DNA of 27,834 nucleotides from Candidatus Moraniibacteriota bacterium (GCA_030641185.1 DAOWHY010000016.1:1-27834); one strand, 5' to 3'; shown: positions 15,357 to 22,512, counted from the first letter of the stretch. A program made the numbers and translations. Notes: generated by a model not told the origin, from the letters alone.

Positions 15357-15605
15357 CTACTGTATATTACCTTTTCCGAGTTCTCTCAGAAAGACAATCA
15401 TCCATACTATTGCTCCTAACAGCATGAAAACTCCAATTTCTGTTTCACTCATTGCCGCTCCTACGACATCGCAATTGGTGCTCCATGAACTTATTGACCT
15501 TATAAATATAAGGACAAGAAATCCAGAGGACGCTCCTGCAATGCCTACTGTTCCTAGAACAATAACGGCGGCTCCTATCCCTGCTATGTCTATATTTATT
15601 TTCAT
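15357..15605 (-). CDS. Small Gly/Ala-rich integral membrane protein (82 aa)
   Basis: An AAAGAGGTGA Shine-Dalgarno sequence lies 6 nt before the ATG. The translation MKINIDIAGIGAAVIVLGTVGIAGASSGFLVLIF...GVFMLLGAIVWMIVFL shows glycine-zipper-like helices. Confidence 0.6.
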   Translation of the reverse strand: MKINIDIAGIGAAVIVLGTVGIAGASSGFLVLIFIRSISSWSTNCDVVGAAMSETEIGVFMLLGAIVWMIVFLRELGKGNIQ

Positions 15606-15810
15606 AATATTTCACCTCTTTTGACCTGACTTTCAGATCGACCCTTATTTTTATGGAACCGAGGTGTGCAACATTGTTCATCGTCATAATAATTTTTATT
15701 CAGAACAACAAATAAATTACTCGAAATTAATAACCTATTTGTCGTCCTGAATATATTTTTTCTTCCCCTTTTTCAAAGTGCAATTTCGCTTCTAATATTT
15801 TTATCAGAAG

Positions 15811-15853
15811 CTTTTTCAATCCCACCTTCTTGTAAAGATGAAGTTGAAAAAAG
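15811..15853. repeat. 45-nt direct repeat R1, copy b
   Basis: The sequence is ctttttcaatcccaccttcttgtaaagatgaagttgaaaaaag. Confidence 0.8.
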
Positions 15854-15917
15854 AAAGAAAAGAAAAATTTTAGTTGTCTTGTCTCTGTGAACAAAGACAA
15901 GGTTATTTTTTACCCAA

Positions 15918-15965
15918 TTAATTATTCTTGGGTGCAATGAGGTCGTCTCCATCAGGATAATCCAT
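15918..15965 (-). CDS. Possible 15-codon acidic micro-ORF
   Basis: The same AAAGAGGTGA-N6-ATG initiation region as the 82-aa gene is present. The peptide is MDYPDGDDLIAPKNN. It is too short to judge by composition. Confidence 0.25.
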   Translation of the reverse strand: MDYPDGDDLIAPKNN

Positions 15966-16124
15966 TTCTTATCACCTCTTTTACTTTTAAATTTTATTTA
16001 TTTCAAACAGTAAACTAACAAGAAAATTTTTCCGATCAGTTTACTAACTAAAACTAACTAAAAATAATTTTTCTTTTCTTTTTCAAAGTGCGTTCCTTTG
16101 TGATTTCACATCCAGTTTATTTTC

Positions 16125-16163
16125 AATGTGCGGAAGGTTAGAATAATCTAACCTCCGCACATT
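16125..16163. other. Strong GC-containing hairpin
   Basis: aatgtgcggaaggttag-aataat-ctaacctccgcacatt pairs 16 bp with one bulged A. No T-run follows on either strand. Confidence 0.7.
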
Positions 16164-16291
16164 ACTCTATAAAACATAGAGATTGATGCAAATGAGTTTG
16201 GGCATTATTGGTTTAACGGCATTAATATAATTTCTACCGCAACCTCAACTCTCTCCTCGTTTACATCAATCTATATATTTTGTTCTTCCCC

Positions 16292-16449
16292 GTCATTCCC
16301 GCAAAATTTTCTGTCATTCCCGCGGAGGCGGGAATCCAGTAAGTCTCAATGAATAATATTTTTTCGTATAATTTTGATAAAGTGAAACAAACTGGATCCC
16401 AGATATTTTTTCTGAAGCTATCGCTTCAAAAAAAATTCTGGGATGACAA
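16292..16449. repeat. Family B palindromic element, copy B2
   Basis: The sequence is gtcattcccgc...gtcattcccgcggaggcgggaatcc...ggatcccagatattttttctgaagctatcgcttcaaaaaaaattctgggatgacaa. Confidence 0.8.
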
Positions 16450-16461
16450 TGACAACTAAAC

Positions 16462-16517
16462 AAAAAAACAGTTAAAATTATTTCCTTCAAAGAGAGATAG
16501 TTCTAACTGTTTTTTTA
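16462..16517. terminator. Possible bidirectional terminator after yraN
   Basis: A7-cagtta...taactg-T7 is present, but the loop is long (about 29 nt). Confidence 0.35.
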
Positions 16518-16640
16518 TATAAAGCTTATTTCTGAAATAAACTGTGATAATTCTCTCCTCAAAGAATTAATTTATTCAATTTTCAAATTACTCTAAATTC
16601 TTCTCACAACAAGATAGTGTATCATATATTTTAGATTCTG

Positions 16641-17051
16641 TCAATACCCGCATCTTTCATTATTATATCTCTCATAATCAACCGCGTTTTTTATATAATT
16701 TATTTTTGCTATTCCACTATTTTTATCAATCGTAATTGCAATTACATCAATCTGCCAAAAGGTGTCATCGGAATATTTATTTTCCAACAAATAAAAAAGG
16801 GCTGTTTTAATGAGCCGTCTTTGTTTGTGAACTGTCACCGCATCTTGAGGCAAGCCGTATTTTTGGTCGGCAAAATTTGTTCTTGTTTTCACTTCAATAA
16901 AATGCAATGAATTTTCAAACTTAGCTATAATATCTATTTCACCGATCCTTTTTTGATAATTGGTTTTTAGAATTGAATAATTTCTTTTCTCTAAAAAATA
17001 GCAAGCAATCTTTTCGCCAATGTCTCCAAGTTTTCTTTTTTCTGTCGGCAT
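16641..17051 (-). CDS. yraN: YraN-family (UPF0102) endonuclease-like protein
   Basis: LGDIGEKIACYFLEKRNYSIL...GEIDIIAKFENSLHFIEVKTR matches the family core. Confidence 0.8.
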   Translation of the reverse strand: MPTEKRKLGDIGEKIACYFLEKRNYSILKTNYQKRIGEIDIIAKFENSLHFIEVKTRTNFADQKYGLPQDAVTVHKQRRLIKTALFYLLENKYSDDTFWQIDVIAITIDKNSGIAKINYIKNAVDYERYNNERCGY

Positions 17052-17108
17052 ATAAAAAAGTCCTAAAGTTTATAAAGTCATAAAGTTGAAAGTTTTATCA
17101 GCAAAAAT

Positions 17109-17255
17109 TTAAAACATTCCAAATAACCATTCTGTAGCGGTCGTTAAAATATCGCTTTGTTTATCGTAATAGTAAAGTCCGGCAAGAATTATTATAAACA
17201 GGATAATAATGATTCCAACACTTAAAAAATCCGCTTTCATATTATATTCTTTCAT
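17109..17255 (-). CDS. Possible 48-aa single-TM protein (below the track cutoff)
   Basis: Hand translation gives MKEYNMKADFLSVGIIIILFIIILAGLYYYDKQSDILTTATEWLFGMF. No Shine-Dalgarno sequence is present. Confidence 0.3.
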   Translation of the reverse strand: MKEYNMKADFLSVGIIIILFIIILAGLYYYDKQSDILTTATEWLFGMF

Positions 17256-17324
17256 TTTTTTAAATTAGTATTTATGGTTGTAGTTTATAATTATTTTTTA
17301 GTTTAGGCAAATTATGAAATAGCT

Positions 17325-17402
17325 AAATTTGTCATAGCGAGCTTGTCGAACTATGATAAATTTAGCGTGTTTGCCGCCCTTCGACAAGCTCGGGGTGACA
17401 CG
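17325..17402. repeat. Family C palindromic element, copy C1
   Basis: aaatttgtcatagcgagcttgtcgaactatgataaatttagcgtgtttgccgcccttcgacaagctcggggtgacac has the 12-bp stem gagcttgtcgaa/ttcgacaagctc. It aligns with 22018-22094. Confidence 0.8.
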
Positions 17403-17424
17403 AAACGCACAATTTAAATTTGAC

Positions 17425-19275
17425 TTATTTTTTCAACACTGATAAAAATGCTTCTTGCGGGATTTCAACTTTTCCGAATGATTTCATTTTTTTCTTTCCT
17501 TTCTTCTGCTTTTCTAATAGTTTCCTTTTACGAGAGACGTCTCCGCCATACAGTTTTGCGGTAACGTCTTTTCTGAAAGGCCTGATTGTTTCGCGAGCGA
17601 CTATTTTTCCCGAAATAGTCGCCTGAAGCGCGACGGCAAAATTCTGACGCGGGATTATATTTTTTAATTTAGCGACAACCTTTTTCCCCTCACTATAGCC
17701 TTCATCTCTTGGGACTATCCTTGAAAAGGCCTCAACTTTTTCTCCAGCGACAAGAATATCAAGTTTTACCAAATCCCATTCTTTAAACTCAATAAATTCA
17801 TAATTCATTGAAGCAAACCCGCTGGAGACACTTTTGAGATTATCGTAAAAATCAACTATAATATTAATCAACGGCGCTTCGTATTCCAAGATAACCCTGT
17901 CTTGCGAAAGGTAATCAGTTTTTTTATAAATAGTTCTAGAGCTCTCCGCCAATTTCATAACGGAACCCATTTTGTCTTTTGGCAAAACAATTTCGAGTTT
18001 AACCCACGGCTCTTTTATTTTTTCTATCATTCCTGGATCTGGCATCTCTGCTGGAGAAAATATTGTCAATTCTTTTCCGTCTCTCTTTCTAATCTGATAA
18101 GAAACAGAAGGAGTTGTAATTACAAGATTCATATTATATTCTCTGCTCAATCTTTCACTTATAATTTCCATATGAAGCATTCCGAGAAATCCACATCTGA
18201 AACCTCGTCCGAGAGCGGAAGAACTCTCTGGTTCAAAAAATAAAGCAGCGTCATTAAGCTTTAATTTTTCCAAGGCATCTTTAAGTTCAGGATAGTCGTT
18301 TCCTTCAACGGGATAAATACTTGCAAAAACCGTTGACCTGACTTCTTTATATCCTGGCAATGCTTCTATCTTATTTTCAATAATATTTTCCTCATCAACT
18401 TTTGACTTCTTGCTTTCAACTTTTAACCTCGTGATCGTATCTCCCACGCGACATTTATCAACTTCTTTCAGTCCAGTGGCGATATATCCAATATCTCCCG
18501 CTTCAAGACTATCTGTTTTTTCAAGCTGTGGCTTCATAATTCCAAGCTCTATAATTTCCGATTTTGTCTTTGAGCTAAGAAAATATATCTCATTGTTTTT
18601 ATTTATCACGCCGTCAACAATTCTAACTTGCGCGACAACACCTTTATATGAATCAAAATATGAATCAAAAACAAGCGCTCGCGCGGGCTTTTTTATGTCT
18701 CCATGCGGAGAAGGAATTTTTTCAATAATTTCTTTAAGAACTTCTGACACATTTTCGCCAGTTTTCGCGGATATTTTTATTATTTCTTTTTCCTCAATGC
18801 CGATTAAATCACTTATTTCTTTTGATGTTTTATTAACCATCGCGTTTGGCATATCAATTTTATTTATAACAGGAATTATAACTAAATCCTGTTCTATCGC
18901 CAAATATAAATTTGCTAATGTTTGCGCCTGAATTCCTTGAGTAGCGTCAATTAAAAGCACTGCTCCTTCAACAGCGGCAAGTGATCGCGAAACTTCATAA
19001 GAAAAATCAACATGACCGGGAGTGTCAATTAAGTTCAAAGTGTAAGGTATGAAGTCTAAAGTTTCTTGACTTTTGACTTTATATTCCATTTTTACCGGCT
19101 GAAGCTTTATCGTTATTCCTCTTTCTCTTTCTATATCCATTTGATCTAAAAGCTGATCTTTCATTTTTCTTTCTTCAACCGTTTTGGTCAACTCTAAAAG
19201 TCGATCAGCTAAAGTTGATTTTCCATGATCAATATGCGCGATAATACAAAAATTTCTTATATTTTCTTGAGACAT
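17425..19275 (-). CDS. lepA: Translation elongation factor 4
   Basis: IRNFCIIAHIDHGKSTLADRLLE...LIDTPGHVDF...NKID are GTPase motifs, and the LepA-specific C-terminal domain is present. Confidence 0.95.
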   Translation of the reverse strand: MSQENIRNFCIIAHIDHGKSTLADRLLELTKTVEERKMKDQLLDQMDIERERGITIKLQPVKMEYKVKSQETLDFIPYTLNLIDTPGHVDFSYEVSRSLAAVEGAVLLIDATQGIQAQTLANLYLAIEQDLVIIPVINKIDMPNAMVNKTSKEISDLIGIEEKEIIKISAKTGENVSEVLKEIIEKIPSPHGDIKKPARALVFDSYFDSYKGVVAQVRIVDGVINKNNEIYFLSSKTKSEIIELGIMKPQLEKTDSLEAGDIGYIATGLKEVDKCRVGDTITRLKVESKKSKVDEENIIENKIEALPGYKEVRSTVFASIYPVEGNDYPELKDALEKLKLNDAALFFEPESSSALGRGFRCGFLGMLHMEIISERLSREYNMNLVITTPSVSYQIRKRDGKELTIFSPAEMPDPGMIEKIKEPWVKLEIVLPKDKMGSVMKLAESSRTIYKKTDYLSQDRVILEYEAPLINIIVDFYDNLKSVSSGFASMNYEFIEFKEWDLVKLDILVAGEKVEAFSRIVPRDEGYSEGKKVVAKLKNIIPRQNFAVALQATISGKIVARETIRPFRKDVTAKLYGGDVSRKRKLLEKQKKGKKKMKSFGKVEIPQEAFLSVLKK

Positions 19276-19303
19276 AAATTATTGATTTTTAATAATCTAA
19301 ATT

Positions 19304-19453
19304 AAACCTGTCATTGCGAGGAATGGAACGGAGCGATAGCGTAGTGGAATGACGAAGCAATCCCGTGACTATACACAAAGAATTTAATTACGGGATTGCT
19401 TCGTCGCCTTCTCACTCGCTACGCTCGCTCGGGCTTCTCGCAATGACAGGTTT
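19304..19453. mobile_element. Family A palindromic element, gene-less copy A3 (most complete)
   Basis: The sequence is aaacctgtcattgcgaggaatggaacggagcgatagcgtag...gacgaagcaatcccgtgactatacacaaagaatttaattacgggattgcttcgtcgccttctcactcgctacgctcgctcgggcttctcgcaatgacaggttt. Confidence 0.9.
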
Positions 19454-20420
19454 ATTTTTGTAGTCCGCCTTTGATCTCTCTCAACAATTTTTTAACTCTA
19501 CCAATACTATCTTCATCATAAATCGAAATAGCTAAAACATTTGGGTTTATTTTTTTCAATTCTCCAACTTTTTCTTTAATTTCTTTTTCACCAATCAAAT
19601 CAGTTTTAGTTAGAAAAATATATTCTCGTTTTCTTGCTAATTTCAATTCATATTTTTTAAGCTCATTTTTAATTGCTTGATAATCGTTTGATAAATTTTC
19701 TGATTCGGAAGAAATACAGTGAATTAAAATCTCTGTTCTTTTTATGTGCCGCAAAAATTTTATTCCCAAACCTTTTCCAGAAGAGGCGCCTTCAATTAGT
19801 CCCGGGATGTCCGCGATGATCAGGCCGTAAAAATCACCAAGGTTCGGCTCAAGGGTCGTGAACGGGTAAGCAGCAACTTTTGCTTTTGCTTTTGTTAAAG
19901 CATTTAACAAGCTTGATTTGCCGGCACTGGGCAAACCGATTAAACCTACATCGGCGATAAGGCGAAGCTCCAGAAGGAAATCGAAGTCTCTTCCATTTCC
20001 CCCCTTTTCAAATTCTTTTGGCGTAGTGTTTATTGAAGATCTAAAAAAATAGTTTCCCTTGCCTCCTTTTCCGCCTCTGGCTATTAAAATTTTCTCTTCG
20101 TTTTTGACAATTTCCACATCTCTGCGCGTATTCAAATTATGAGCCACTGTTCCAATGGGAACTTTCAAAATTAAATCTTTTCCATTTTTGCCGTCAAGAA
20201 TCTTATTTCTTCCAGCAACACCGTCTCCGGCTAAGAATTCTTTTTTAAAGCGAAACTTATTTAAAGCGGTTAAATTTGAAGTTCCCTCCAAATAAACATT
20301 TCCGCCATTTCCGCCATTTCCGCCAGTCGGACCCTTTTCTCCTTTATTTTTATTAAAAGCAACGCAGCCGTCTCCTCCATTTCCGCCTTGCAGTTTGATT
20401 TTTACTTCGTCAATTAACAT
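19452..20420 (-). CDS. obg: GTPase Obg/CgtA
   Basis: MLIDEVKIKLQGGNGGDGCVAF... is the Gly-rich Obg fold, followed by GLPSAGKSSLLNALT and DIPGLIEGA. The track start at 20489 is rejected because the extension reads into repeat D. Confidence 0.9.
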   Translation of the reverse strand: MLIDEVKIKLQGGNGGDGCVAFNKNKGEKGPTGGNGGNGGNVYLEGTSNLTALNKFRFKKEFLAGDGVAGRNKILDGKNGKDLILKVPIGTVAHNLNTRRDVEIVKNEEKILIARGGKGGKGNYFFRSSINTTPKEFEKGGNGRDFDFLLELRLIADVGLIGLPSAGKSSLLNALTKAKAKVAAYPFTTLEPNLGDFYGLIIADIPGLIEGASSGKGLGIKFLRHIKRTEILIHCISSESENLSNDYQAIKNELKKYELKLARKREYIFLTKTDLIGEKEIKEKVGELKKINPNVLAISIYDEDSIGRVKKLLREIKGGLQK

Positions 20421-20465
20421 AAAGATTAAATTGTTAAATTGTATTATTATTCTAATTTGTTGCCT

Positions 20466-20601
20466 TTTGTCATCTCGAAGGAGTCGCAACGACCGAGAGA
20501 TCTCTTAAATCACACTATCGCATTTTACATTATTTAAGAGATTCCTCAATCGCGAGAGTTTATGCTGAATTTATTTCAGTGCTCATTTCGGAATGACAAA
20601 A
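20466..20601. repeat. Palindromic element D carrying a fragment shared with B1
   Basis: The sequence is ttttgtcatctcgaagg...gagagatctcttaaat...atttaagagattcctc...agtttatgctgaatttatttcagtgc...ggaatgacaaaa. Confidence 0.65.
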
Positions 20602-20680
20602 TAGATTGGAAAGCAGTGTATTTTCAGTGTATAGTCTTTTTGCCAATAAATCAAGAACATAGAGTTGAACAGAAAATTTA

Positions 20681-20711
20681 TAAAAAGAGAGGTGAAAAAA
20701 CCTCTCTTTTT
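20681..20711 (-). terminator. Intrinsic (bidirectional) terminator after the pilin-like array
   Basis: agagagg-(8 nt)-cctctct is flanked by an A-run and a T-run. It lies about 25 nt past the stop at 20735. Confidence 0.7.
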
Positions 20712-20734
20712 ATATTTAAAATATGTTCACTGTC

Positions 20735-21094
20735 TTATGCTGTTAGAATCTGAGTAACAACAATAACCATAGCGTAAGCAAGACCAGCGACAACCATACC
20801 TATTATACCGTAAGAGATAGTCTTTTTAGCACTAGCAACAGCATCTTCGTTTCCTCCGGCAGTAAGATATTGAACACCTCCCCAGATAATTACTAGAGTA
20901 GCAATAATAGCAATGAAACCGAGAATGTAATTGGTAATGTTCATAACTGCTGCTTCTATATCATCTGGAACATTATCTGGCGGATTTTCATATCCCCATC
21001 CCTCTGATGGATCAGCGCTGGCAACGGAAGCAGAAAGAGCAAAAGCGTAAACGAGCAGTGAAGAGATTGACAACTTCTTCATTAAATTTTTCAT
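20735..21094 (-). CDS. TrbC/VirB2-like small membrane protein, paralog 1
   Basis: The signal peptide ends in SVASA. It is followed by NITNYILGF, TM1, WGGVQYLTAGGNEDAVASAKKT and TM2. The ATG at 21094 lies 6 nt after AGGGGGTG. Confidence 0.7.
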   Translation of the reverse strand: MKNLMKKLSISSLLVYAFALSASVASADPSEGWGYENPPDNVPDDIEAAVMNITNYILGFIAIIATLVIIWGGVQYLTAGGNEDAVASAKKTISYGIIGMVVAGLAYAMVIVVTQILTA

Positions 21095-21163
21095 TTTTTT
21101 CACCCCCTTTCAAATTATTAATTTATTTTTTCTATTTAATTTTGTAGAGTTTTATTATCCTTA

Positions 21164-21577
21164 TTATACAGGTGGAGGTGGAGGTGGGGCAGGAGCTAAT
21201 ACAATAGTTACAATAACATTTACTAACGCGTAAGCTATTCCAGCTATCACCAAACCTATTAAAGCATAGGTAACCACTCGTTTTCCTGTTGTAGCTCTAG
21301 TTTCATCTCCAGCCGATCCTATATACATCACTCCTCCCCAAATTACCATCAAAACCGCAAGCATTGCCACAAATCCGAGAATCCAGTTCGTCAGATTTAG
21401 AACAGCATTATCAAAACTTTCAGGAACACCCGTTGGCGGAGTGCCCATCGCAAAACCCTCAGCAAAAGCATTATTTATAAACAAAAACATTGACGACAAC
21501 ACGGCAAGCACACCAACGATCGCGCTTTTAATGGCGGTTTCTTTTTGATTAATTATTTCCATTGTTTTTTGTGCCAT
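21164..21577 (-). CDS. TrbC/VirB2-like small membrane protein, paralog 2 (poly-Pro tail)
   Basis: The signal peptide ends in NNAFA. It is followed by NLTNWILGF, TM1, WGGVMYIGSAGDETRATTGKR, TM2 and APAPPPPPPV. Confidence 0.7.
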   Translation of the reverse strand: MAQKTMEIINQKETAIKSAIVGVLAVLSSMFLFINNAFAEGFAMGTPPTGVPESFDNAVLNLTNWILGFVAMLAVLMVIWGGVMYIGSAGDETRATTGKRVVTYALIGLVIAGIAYALVNVIVTIVLAPAPPPPPPV

Positions 21578-21620
21578 ACTTTTTTGTTAATTTTTAATTA
21601 ATAAAATTTTAAAAAAATTC

Positions 21621-21983
21621 TTAAAGTATTTCGACAACTATAACATTTACAATAGCGTAAGAAACTCCTGCTATAAATACCCCTATCAACGCGTAATAAA
21701 TTATTTTCTTTGACAAATCCGCTTTTTGAACATCCCCGGAAGAAGCGATATAATTCAAACCGCCCCAAACTAATGCCAGCACCGAAACTGCCAAAGTAAA
21801 TTCAAGAAGCCAGTTGGTCAGATTTAATATTCCTACATCAAGATCTTCTATTAAGCTACCGCCTGGATTATCTGGAAGCACCCATCCGTCAGCAGTGGCA
21901 ACGCGAGTTATTATTGTTGACATTGCCAAACAAACAGCAATCGCGCAAAAATTTAAATACTTATTATTCTTTATTATCTTCAT
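21621..21983 (-). CDS. TrbC/VirB2-like small membrane protein, paralog 3
   Basis: The signal peptide ends in RVATA. It is followed by NLTNWLLEF, TM1, WGGLNYIASSGDVQKADLSKK and TM2. Confidence 0.7.
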   Translation of the reverse strand: MKIIKNNKYLNFCAIAVCLAMSTIITRVATADGWVLPDNPGGSLIEDLDVGILNLTNWLLEFTLAVSVLALVWGGLNYIASSGDVQKADLSKKIIYYALIGVFIAGVSYAIVNVIVVEIL

Positions 21984-22017
21984 TACCTATATTATTACAT
22001 TTTTTATTTACGCAGTC

Positions 22018-22094
22018 AAATTTGTCATAGTGAGCTTGTCAAACTATGATAGATTTAGCGCGCTTGCCACCCTTCAACAAGCTCAGGATGACAG
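22018..22094. repeat. Family C palindromic element, copy C2
   Basis: aaatttgtcatagtgagcttgtcaaactatgatagatttagcgcgcttgccacccttcaacaagctcaggatgacag lies between pilin-like paralogs 4 and 3. Confidence 0.8.
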
Positions 22095-22122
22095 TTCTTT
22101 TATATTTTGTTTTTTAACATTT

Positions 22123-22512
22123 CTAATGAAAAATCGTATCCAGAATTTTTATAATAGCAAAAGAAGTTCCGGCTACGAAAATTCCGAGCAGAGCATACTT
22201 GACAATTTTTTTGGCGTTTTCCGTTTTTTGCATATCTCCTGAAGAGGAAACATAATAAAGACCTCCATAAATTAACGCCACCACTGAAATTGCGACAGCA
22301 AGTTTCAGAAGTTCGCTAACCGCGGCATCTATCACATCCGGGATTAAACTATCTGGCACACCAGCAGGTAAACAGTTGACAGGATCGTTAAACATATTCT
22401 TGCCGCCTTCATAATCACACTCTGCTCCAGTATAATTAACGAACAATAAAGAAGAAACTACAAAAATACTTAAAACAAATAATGTGGTTTTTTTTAAAGT
22501 TAAGCTTTTCAT
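22123..22512 (-). CDS. TrbC/VirB2-like small membrane protein, paralog 4 (most divergent, two Cys)
   Basis: A signal peptide is followed by a longer N-terminal region with C..C, then TM1, YGGLYYVSSSGDMQKTENAKK and TM2. Confidence 0.65.
   Translation of the reverse strand: MKSLTLKKTTLFVLSIFVVSSLLFVNYTGAECDYEGGKNMFNDPVNCLPAGVPDSLIPDVIDAAVSELLKLAVAISVVALIYGGLYYVSSSGDMQKTENAKKIVKYALLGIFVAGTSFAIIKILDTIFH

Noticed and set aside
15623-15630. gtcaggtc (minus strand), resembling the SRP RNA domain IV motif
   Set aside because: The GGAA tetraloop and AGCA symmetric-loop context are missing. The sequence is simply part of the leader of the 82-aa ORF.
15424-15687. Track ORFs 15424..15624 (+) and 15445..15687 (-)
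   Set aside because: They overlap the ORF 15357..15605, which has Shine-Dalgarno support and is clearly a membrane protein. They lie in other frames and have implausible composition.
17172-17182. gtaaagtccgg, resembling the RNase P RNA GGAAAGUCCGG core
   Set aside because: The surrounding sequence is extremely AT-rich with no supporting helices, and it lies within a possible small membrane ORF.
17420-18931. Plus-strand track ORFs inside lepA (17420..17626, 17902..18243 and 18410..18931)
   Set aside because: They are antisense shadows of a highly conserved gene.
19066-19079. Identical 14-mer ttgacttttgactt in lepA and in gatA (23956-23970, part of a short tandem ttttgact array), both at apparent lineage-specific insertions
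   Set aside because: With roughly 4x10^8 position pairs in a 28-kb window, about one exact 14-mer match is expected by chance even for uniform base composition. More are expected in AT-rich low-complexity sequence. It is not significant without genome-wide statistics.
20562-22242. Plus-strand track ORFs 20562..20753 and 21814..22242
   Set aside because: The first reads through repeat D and the terminator. The second is antisense to a pilin-like gene and reads through repeat C2 (LATLQQAQDDS is repeat translation).
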